Virus record (IMG/VR): IMGVR_UViG_3300010885_025649
Location: 148,498 to 212,497 of that record
DNA: 64,000 nucleotides
Strand: one strand, 5' to 3'
Position 1 is the first letter of the stretch. The number at the start of each line of letters is the position of its first letter. Both the position numbers and the translations under genes were made by a program. Shown here piece by piece: positions 15,864 through 25,800 of the stretch. The notes beneath the pieces are model-generated. The model ran no database searches, was not told the DNA's origin, and was given only the letters and a program-made list of their open reading frames with translations.

Positions 15864-15877
15864 CAAATAAAGAGTCG
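15864..15877 (-). promoter_or_regulatory. junction J23: first motif of the array, no hairpin
   Basis: CGACTCTTTATTTG with no upstream co-oriented gene. Confidence 0.7.
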
Positions 15878-16063
15878 AGGCACAGAGGCTCCCAGTGTCA
15901 AGGGTATGAGCTAAAAAATCTAGACGAAAACACATATATGCCGGGGGGGTATAGCAAGTACATATATGGCCTATTCAGAAAATTTCTAATTTTTTGGTGG
16001 GAAGTCGGAATTTCCCGATTCGAATCTGATATGGTTAGAAAGTATACACCGGAGAGTTGCCTT

Positions 16064-16807
16064 ATGCCATTTTTAAATACCCTAATCGGATTCCTATCCG
16101 AGAATACTAACGGTGGGGTTATTGTAGATGTAACTCAGAAAGATTCACCAATAATCTACGTGAACAAAGCTTTTGAAGAACTTACAGGATATAGCGCTAC
16201 AGAAGTAATAGGAAAGAACTGCAGATTTTTACAAGGCGGCGACAAGAATCAAGTCGGCATTCTACAATTAGGATTAGCGATTAACCAAGGAATAGGCTGT
16301 AAAGTATTGCTCCGCAATTATAGAAAAGACGGCTTAATGTTTTGGAATGATTTAGCAATCACGCCAATCAAAGATGACGAAGGAAAGGTAAAATATTATA
16401 TAGGAATTCAATCCGATATAAGTGCAAGATTAGAAGGAACAAGAAGTTCTCAGGATACTTTAATCAAGTTCACTAAACTGGACATGGAGTTATTACAGAT
16501 CCAAAGAGACATAAGTAATCTATTAAAGATTGTACAGATTGGAAATGGTAACCCGAGTTTAATTCGTAGAGTGGACAAAGTGGAAACAAGATTAGATGAC
16601 GTGCAAAAAGATATCTCTGAGTTAAAAGCTTTATATATAAGTGAAAGTGAATCTATCAGAGATACTTTAGGAACAATAGTAGAGAACACGCAGACTAATA
16701 AGGGCACAACCAGTGCAGCAATAATTACAGCAATAGCCACAACAATCATAGGATTACTAACTATTTTTGGTCCTCAATTAGTAACCTTATTACATTTAGT
16801 TAAGTAA
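16064..16807 (+). CDS. LOV (PAS) flavin photoreceptor domain + coiled coil + C-terminal TM helix
   Basis: PIIYVNKAFEELTGY..GKNCRFLQG (16211-16237)..NYRKDG..FWN..YYIGIQSD; GGAG precedes ATG at 16064 (ORF track start 15938). Confidence 0.85.
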   Translation: MPFLNTLIGFLSENTNGGVIVDVTQKDSPIIYVNKAFEELTGYSATEVIGKNCRFLQGGDKNQVGILQLGLAINQGIGCKVLLRNYRKDGLMFWNDLAITPIKDDEGKVKYYIGIQSDISARLEGTRSSQDTLIKFTKLDMELLQIQRDISNLLKIVQIGNGNPSLIRRVDKVETRLDDVQKDISELKALYISESESIRDTLGTIVENTQTNKGTTSAAIITAIATTIIGLLTIFGPQLVTLLHLVK

Positions 16808-16831
16808 CCTTAATACCCGATATTACTTTCC

Positions 16832-19800
16832 TCAAGTAGTCATTACAGACATATCATTCCCGGCCACATCTTGGAAGTGGTATTCATATTCCTGATTATT
16901 AATAGAACTAAGATAAGAAGTCTGATTTAATTCAGAATCATCATATTCATCAATAGAATCAGTAATAGAGACCTCCGCGATATTAAGAACATCAGACTCT
17001 CCAGCAGAGTTAATAAGCTCAAGCCGATATCTTTCAGCTTGGGCTTGTTCATATTCATTCTCAATAGCTTGAGCAGTCAAGGAAGTAACAGGGGATTCTT
17101 CTCTAGTAGCTGTCCGGACAGCCATAGCCGCAGATAACCCCGCGGCAAGCGCACCAAACGCGGCAGTAATAAGTCCGGATCCCATATTAGCAAGACCACG
17201 AGAAGCAAGTTCTCCAACATTAGTACCTTCTTTCCCTATAAATTTAGCAATAGGTGTTGTAATAACATCAGATAGGATAGTACTACCAACAATATTTCCT
17301 GCAAGACCGAGGGCATAGCCCCCTAAGATTTCATGTCGGGTATCACTATCAGACATATCCCTCATAGATTTAACTGCAGAGGTAATATCCGAGGCCATCA
17401 TAAAAGCGGATCTCATAGGAGCGAAAGTATTAGAAGACATAAGGCCATGACCAACAGATCTACCTAATTCAGCAGGATCAGTATTAGACTCTCTACCTAA
17501 AGCGCCACCAACAATAGAAGCACCGATAGTAGTAACTGCCAGCATACCATATCCAAGGAATCCCATAGGAGTATTATTAGACATAGCATTTTTAAAGTTT
17601 CTAATAAGGCCACTAGGAGGATTAATATGTGCGCGCAGTTCATTAGATTGCGCTAATCTAGTAACCATTTCATTAGCTTCATAAGGATTCATTTGTTTAA
17701 TATTATTATGTAAAGCATTAGAGAGATCCACAAGATTTTGATTATGTTCATTAGAATCTGGTGCTGAAGTAGACTCATAAGCAGCTTGTGCAATAAACAT
17801 CATAGTTTCCTTAGCAGTTTGTCCAGAGATACCTAATCTAGAAGCATCACTAATAGCACGATCAATAATAAGTTTTCTACCTACAATTCGTTTAGCCGTT
17901 TCATAATCAATTACTTTGCTTTGTGGTCCAGCACTAGTAGAATATTCATGAGTATAACTTGCAGTACTGGGGTCAGTACCAATCATACCCGTAGCTCTAA
18001 TATAAGAAACACCATTAACAATTTTACCAGAACCATTAACATAAATTTCCCCTGGGAAAGCTCTAGGACCATGGCTAGAATATTCAAGAATTTTATCAAC
18101 AGCATCACTAAAAGTCTTAGTCTTCATAGTCTCATCAATAGAGGCTCTAAAGCCAGACATAATTTCTTTAATATTTACATTATGTAATTTACCTCTACCA
18201 AGGATATCAGTAATAGTAGTACCAGCACCTTCACGGCTAGCAAAGTTTACTGATTCCGTAATAAGGGCTTGACCAATATGTGCAGCGGCCAAAGCCAAAT
18301 CACCAATATCAGCTTTACTTTCAGTAGTTAAAGCTTTCTGAACCCCATACATCTTTTGAATATTAAGTAATCCTTTATGCATAAGTTCATTAACTTTATT
18401 ACGGGCATCAGGAACAGAAAGGGGATCAAAGTCAATAGAACCCAATCCAGCTTCACCAAAAGGAGCAATAGTATTACTAGTATTAATACGACTAGCCATA
18501 AGTTCACGCTCATTTAAAGTAGAAGTAACAAACTTAAATAGATCATGATACTGGTGTGCTTGTAGAACTCTATTCATAGTATCTTGAAGATCCTTAGTAT
18601 AAGTAACAGTACCAGTAGTATCAGTAGCAAAAGCTCTAAGAGCAGCAATATCAGAATTATTCATTGCCGATCTACCCAGACTATCTTCTGCAAGCGTAAC
18701 CAACCGGGTAATCTTCTCACTACTCCCTCCAGTAACTAATTCTTCATCTAAGGTTTGGAATAAGTTAGCCGCAATTCTACGAATAGTTTGCAGTTTAGTA
18801 TGAGGAACTTCTTTAGCAAAGTCATGAGCAATTTCATCACTACTAAGAGATCCCACATGTGCTGCAAGAGCACCATAGCTTAAATTTGTAAGGATTTTAT
18901 TAGAGATAGATTCTGTAAGTGGAGTACCGGCATTACCTTGGACAGCAGATATATAATCTGCAACAGGATTAAGAAGCCCAGTAGCTTGAACAGCTTGATC
19001 AAGAGCTGCAGGTTGCAACTTAGTTTTAGTAGGCTTGTCTTCATAAGCATTCTCATACAATTGATTTAATGCAGTATACATTTCGCTAGGAGATACTCCG
19101 GTAGCAGCATTAGGTTTAATACCTTCTCTTCCCAGCATTTGCATTTGATAAGCAATACGAGATACAGACTCAATCGTTCTAGCTTTAGCTTTACCCATAC
19201 TATCCGCTTGTAAAAACTCATGACTAAATATATGAGAAGTAGTATCATAAAGCATACCCATATACTTAGTAGCCACTTGAGCAGTTTGTTGAGTAGCAGC
19301 CGCGGCTATATTTTGAGGCATAATAACAGGGAACATTAGTTTAAGGTAACTATTAACAGTTCCTTCATTAGCAGAATACGCAGCCAAATGTTGGCTTAAG
19401 GTTGGATTACCTTGTATAGTATTAAGTTTATCTTCAACAGAAGCAGATTTAAAAGCTGCGGCGCCTGCCGCTCCAAGTTCTGTTGAGACAACAGTTTCAA
19501 ACTCAGCACTATGAAAGTGATCAATAATTTTAGTAGTAGATTCATACTGTGCTCTACCAAACTTATTAAGAAGAATAGAGTCTTCAATTGTTTGGGCATT
19601 AAGTCCAGAAAGAACTCTTGATTGACGTTTGAAGGTAGCTAAGATATTAGTATCAGAGGTAACATTTGCTGTTACTTGTTCATGAAGACTAACAATACGT
19701 TTATCCTCCATAATTCTTTCAGCAGTTTCTTCAGCAGATGTTGGGCCAAGTACACCATAAAGTGCATCATAAGTACTATGAACCGCATCAACTCCTGAAG

Positions 19801-22800
19801 TACCATAAGGAATAACAGTAGTATTTACCGCTTGTCCAGCGCTACGTAATCTATTAGTAGAATCTGTTACAGCTTGACTAATATCTGTAGTAGTAGGTGT
19901 TCTACCCAGGCGTCTACCAATAATAGCATCACGTTCAGCCATTGCTTGTGCGCTACTAGTAAGAGCTTGAATGGTAGCCATATCCCCGTCATAATCCCCT
20001 TGCTGGTAGCCCATAGCAAACTTAGACACGAATATACTATCAGAATTATTCGCGAATCCTAGCTGCACTCCGCGTCTTCCAGCAGCACGATTATTAAGAG
20101 TTCTCAGAGTAATAACCTTCAAAGCGGCGGGGGCAACACCCTGAGGTGCTCCTGCTCTTAGGAACATACTAAAGAATCTATCACTATATGCATCCACCTT
20201 AAGCATACTAAAAGTGTCATTAATAACACCTAATAGATTACGATCATAGCCTTGTTTAGTAGTAGGATCTAAGATACCATAAGATTCCGCATGATGACGA
20301 AGACTATAGCCATTAAGTTTAATATCATCTAATATAGAACTGCCAGCAGTAGAACCAACCAAAGTACTCTTTAGAGTAGTTTCATCTAAAGTAAAGGGAT
20401 TTGTAACAAAAAACTTAGGGTTAGTATAAGTATGAGCTTTAGTTAAAATATCAAACCCACTATCTAAGATTTCTTGATCTGCTCCCCCAGAGTAATAAGA
20501 TTTATTAGATTTAGCTTTAGTAACATAATCATTCACCACACGTAATGCAGGATTAAGTCCCAGAGCAATTTCTCCCAACTTAACCTGATTAGATTCCATA
20601 GTAACACCAGAACCCCCGGCCGCTCTATGAATAGTGGTAGATAAGTATTGTTGATAAGTATCAGAATCAAGTAGGTTAGAAAGCGCTGTAATATAATTCC
20701 TCTTAGCCTCATTAAGAGATTTCAGGTAAGAATACTCTTCAATAGATAACCCGTAGTTAATAAGCTTTTTACCATTAGCATTACTAACATTCTGACTCAT
20801 ATATTGAATCTTAGACATATTAGTATCAGGATCTATTTCCTTTAAGGAAGTCGGCATTTGGTTAAAGACTTTAGTAATCTCTTGTTGACTTAGAACAAGT
20901 CTATTAATATATTGATCTGCATTATCTCTATTAGGATTTACATTAATAGATAATTGTTTAAGTTGTTCTGCTCCCAGTACAGGAATAAGTTCAAAGTCTA
21001 AGATAGTAGATTCAATATTTCTATGTACTCTAACTGCATTAGGAATAGCGGCCCCTAATTCAAATGTAGGAATCAGGACAGTACCCTTCTGCCTTGCGGC
21101 AAGTACTTCCTGTCTATATTTATACATATCAGTTTCATTAATTCCACCTGCTGTTCTATCTGCCGCAGAGGTATTAACTAAGGTTTGTATTTTAGTATTT
21201 AAATCTATTTTATTAGTACTAGATAATACATAACCAACAGCAGATTCTTTAGCTGATCTATACATAGAATCATACAAACTATGAATAGCCATAGCTTGAT
21301 TTCTTGTCTCTTCATTTACGACCAAGTGAGTAAGATCTAATCCACCATGCCATTGAGTATCAAAGGCAGGAGCAAATTCAGTTAAGCCTTGACTAAAAGC
21401 GCCGACAAGGAACATTCTCCCAATAGCTTGTTGAGTTAATTGTCTTAAGAGACCTATCTGTGATTGTTCACCGACAAGATCAGCAAAGGGAGTATTAGCA
21501 GTAAAGCCAAGGTGATCTGAATCATTAGCATAGTGTTCATATAAAGAAGCGTACTGACTAAACATATTAGCAGAAGTCTTGCGGCCAAATCTGGTATCAT
21601 CTGCTCTAAAGGTATCTTGAGATAAAGTAATCAGATTAAAGTTAGGAATAATCTGTTGTAATCTTTGTAGAGCTGTATTATCTTTTGGTTTAGCCCCGAG
21701 CATTTGTCCTAATACAGAAGAGACTAAACCATCTAGTTCCTCATTAGCTGGGATTCTACTAGCTCTAACTTGTGTTTTAACCTGAGTATATAAAGAAACA
21801 GCTTCAATCAAGTAATAAGTAAAGTCTAATTTATGAGCTTGTGCTTGTTTTGCAGGAAGGATAAATCCAAACTTCTGACTTTGAGGACTCATTACTTCTG
21901 TATAAGCCTCTTTAAACAACTGATTAATATATTGTGCAGGATCAGCATGTTGTATAAACTGATATAATTCATTATAGAAACCATGAGGAGACCCCGCAGT
22001 ATAATAACTTTGCATAGCTGCCTTGACTTCAGGAGGTGTTTTATTATAGAAATCAATTTGCTCCTTAGACATTTTATTAACTAAACTTTCAGTAAGCTTT
22101 TTAACATCCTCAATAACTTCTTGAGTAAGTGTCTGCAAATGTTTAGTAGAACTATGTGTTTGAAGATTTCTTAATTCCATAATCTTCATGAAATCATCTT
22201 CATTAGTAGCCATTAACGCGCCATATCTAAGTTTAAGGGCACCAGACATTTTAGGTTGTGTCCCATACTTAAACTGTTTAGGAGATACAAGTCTATTAAT
22301 AAGAGGGCTAGCTGTTGCCAAAGATCCCTTAAGTTTTGTTCTAAAGTCAGCACCATCATTAACAAAGAGTTTATCTTCATCAAAGACATCATTATTCATC
22401 AAGACATCTTGAACAGCATTACTAAGTCTAAGGAATCTTCTAGCCCCAATACCTCCATAAATACCATCTAAGGCATTTGCTTGCGTTTCGGCATAAGTTC
22501 TATTCATACCTGCGGTAGGACCTTTAGTATCAAGCAATCTAGCAGTAGGATTAGTATAAAGTTTAGCTTTAAAAGTGACAGCAGTATTACCAGATTGTTC
22601 TGGATCCACATTAATCATAACAAACTGCATTTTAGCGCCGGTTCTATTTTCAGCTAAGTTAGGAACTTCAACAGTAAAACCTGCCCCCATACCAACAGAT
22701 TTCTGTAGATTAGTAACAGCAACTTTAAATTCATCTTCAGTATAAAAGTTACCCGCAGTAACTAAATCTCTTAGTTTAGTAACTAAGTTATTATGTGTGT

Positions 22801-25800
22801 TTTGATCTGCGGTTGTTTTATAGGGTTGGAATCTGATAGTAAGATCTACTAACCGCACTTGTGTAGTATCTAAAAGATCATAACCTATTTCAGGATTAAG
22901 TCCGGCCTCACCAGTCGTAAGTGCAACCACTTGCAGTGGTTCCCGAGGTCTTTCTATAGCAGCAAGCTGAGCTAATCTTAAAGCATCACTAGCTTCACCA
23001 TAACCCATATGATAAACGGGTTCAGGCAAACCTGTTTCTCTAAACTGATTAGTAGCAGGATTAAACTGCCCATATTGATAAGAGAATCTAGGCGAAGCCA
23101 AGTTCTTAGTTCTTTGTCCTAATTGCCCAATAGATTTATGTGCTGTAAGAACGGCAACCATAGGAATTCTAAAAGGAGTTCCCGCGGCAGTATTACCGGT
23201 AACATCATCAAGTTTGTCATAAGCCTGCATTCTAAAAGCAGCTTCCATAGTAAGAATAGAAGCAGCAGGATCTCCAATCTGAGTAATAGCTCCAAGCTTC
23301 TTAGCTTTATATCCTTTAGTTAATTGGCTTTGCATAGACAGAGAATACATAGTCTCTGAAGTACCATCAAGGTTATAAACAACTCCTTCAACTCCTGGAG
23401 AATCCGGACTAACTGGAGCCACTTTAATAACTTGTTCATTAGTAGTAAATAGATCATCATACATAAAAGGTTGATACTTATTACTATCCCCAAGTTGAGA
23501 ATACCCCATAGTTTTAGTAGGGATAGGAACAGAAGCTTTAGTAAGCATTTTAAAGATAATACGCATCTCTTCGGTATTAAATCTACTCAGATCTTCGTTA
23601 GTTCCGGTAGATTTAATAATTCTATATTTCATCAAGCGCATTTTATCAACAGTATCAGTAAGAGTAAGATCAGGATTATCCAATGCTCTATCATAAGCGC
23701 GTAATCTTTGTACCAATTGATATTCCGCGATCTGTCCTAAAGCAATAATAGCTTGAGCGGAATTAAGTTTAACAGTTTGATTAGCCCCAAAAGTTCTACC
23801 AGCAATAACACGTTCTTTATCTCCGGTATTAATAAGCATACTTGAGATTAAGGTGTCATATTTCTGCATATAGATATCACCTTTTTCAGTGAACCCAATA
23901 TCATAGTTAAATACATCTTCCCCTGCATATTTAAGTCTAATTCTAAGACCTGATTGCGGTATTCCTGGTAAATGTTCTTGCATAAAGAGTTTAGAATTTA
24001 ATCCACCCTTTTGATTAAATTCCATAGTTTGTCTAATAAGCTCACTAGCTTTATTCCAAGAAGCTTTAGTACCAAATGCTTGTCTAGCCGCATTATTAAA
24101 CTCCGCAGTACTACTATAAATAGGACTACGACCACTAAGGGTATCTTCTCTAAAGAGTCCAAGTTCTTGTAGTCCTGATTTAAGTTGCCCTAATAATTGT
24201 GGATCATGTGAGTCTTTATTACCAATAAACAAACCAGTCTCAGTATTACTGCGCAAAGCTCTAGCACTAATATTAGCCGAGGTCATCAATCCATATTGGG
24301 CATCACCATACTGATTAGTAACCAACATACTAGTTTGGTGTTGAAATCTTTGTGTAGACGAAAATCTAATCTTCCCGGCGGCAACAAGTCTATCAAATTC
24401 CCCGGGGTTAGTAGTATCAAAATATCGTCTAGCTTGTTCTAATCTAACATCCCCCCCAAGTTCTAATGGAGATCCCAGCATTAAAGTAAATCTATCTGTA
24501 TTTAAAGCCTTAAGTATCTTAGTACTTATACCCGAAATAGTATTAGAAGATAGATCTAACTGATTAGTTAGTAAGTATCCTCTAGAAGTGCCCTCATCTA
24601 AGACAGTTTGTAATAATTTATCCAGAGCAAGTTCATTAAGGTTACTACCCGTAGTACCAATAGGCCCTCTAGTATCTATAAGAGCAGTAGTTTGATATTT
24701 AGTAACTGCATCTATAGCATCAGTAACCAATAATTGTTGATACTGGGTACCAAGGCTAGCTCCAGTAAACACAGATTCCACCCCAGCGCTATATTGTCTA
24801 ATCTGTTTACCAACCAAAGTACTATCATTAAGCAGATTAGAGCCATGTAAACCAACAAACATTTGGTTAAACTGTGATGGATTAGTATAAGGTTCAGACA
24901 TTCTACCAGTAGCACTAGGAGTTAAGTTCTGTTTACCCAACCCAGCAAATGCTATAAGTTGCCCATCCCCATACACAGATATATTCTTTTGGTGTTCAAT
25001 TCCGCCACTAGAACCACTACTAAGATCTTCATGGAAAACCCCAGAGGCACGAATCATATCATCAATAGCATTTACATTTCCACTAGTAAACGCATCCAGA
25101 TAAGTTCTACCCCCAACAATAGATCTTAAAGCATCACTATTAAGAACAATAGAGCCACCCCTACCTTGTTGTAAGAATGCTAGATTAATATCTAGTTTAC
25201 CCCCATATTCAGCATCAGCCAATTGTAATAAGTTCTTAGCCATAGCAAAGACTTCCAAGTTACCTGAGGTAATACTACTAGAAGGTGCTTGCACAGTTAA
25301 GTTAATAGTTAATTTATTAAGGCTATTCTTAACAGTACTTCTAGGATTAAGTAGATAATCTGTAGCTGCGATCAGCATTTGATTAATCTGCCCTTCTTGT
25401 TGGAAGAAGGAGCTAAAGATAGTCGCTTCACTAAAAGCAACAGGACCAATACCCGCAGCAGCAAACACATTAGCAAAGCTAGCTAAAGTAGGAGCACTAA
25501 GAATACCAGTAGGAGTTTCAGTAACATTTAGTAGAGATCTAAACCCCAAAGGATCCTCATTAAACTTAATACCTTTACGAACACTAGCAATACCCACAGT
25601 ATCAAGCAAGAAGTGATTAGCCATAACAACCTGCATAGCACTAGAAGCAATGGCACTCATATTCAAATAGAAGTCATCATTAGCAAGCCTATCTGAGTCA
25701 AGAGTATTAATAGCAACTCCAGACTTAGTATAGAAATTTCTAAGTTCAGAGCTATAACTTTCTACAGGTTTAAAGAATGGTTGTAATGCACGTTTAAGTC

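Larger units (their letters stand above)
2784..15877 (-). repeat. dispersed array of 23 terminator/promoter junctions (about 31 copies of CGAC-Y-rich-G) separating early genes
   Basis: + strand CAAATAAAGAGTCG / CAGAAAAGAAGTCG variants recur between nearly all genes; individual junctions listed separately. Confidence 0.9.

Noticed and set aside
2784-15877. CRISPR array
   Set aside because: The repeats are variable and separated by whole genes rather than fixed-length spacers, and no cas genes are present
2784-15877. Integron attC cassette array
   Set aside because: No consistent RYYYAAC/GTTRRRY boxes, no integrase in the window, and the hairpins carry U-tails typical of terminators
15872-15901. 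Sigma70 promoter from TTGACA on the minus strand
   Set aside because: The hexamer 17 nt downstream is TCGACT, lacking the key -11 A, and I saw no such -35 at other junctions
15938-16063. N-terminal extension of the LOV ORF
   Set aside because: It runs through the low-complexity junction without an SD; GGAG supports the ATG at 16064
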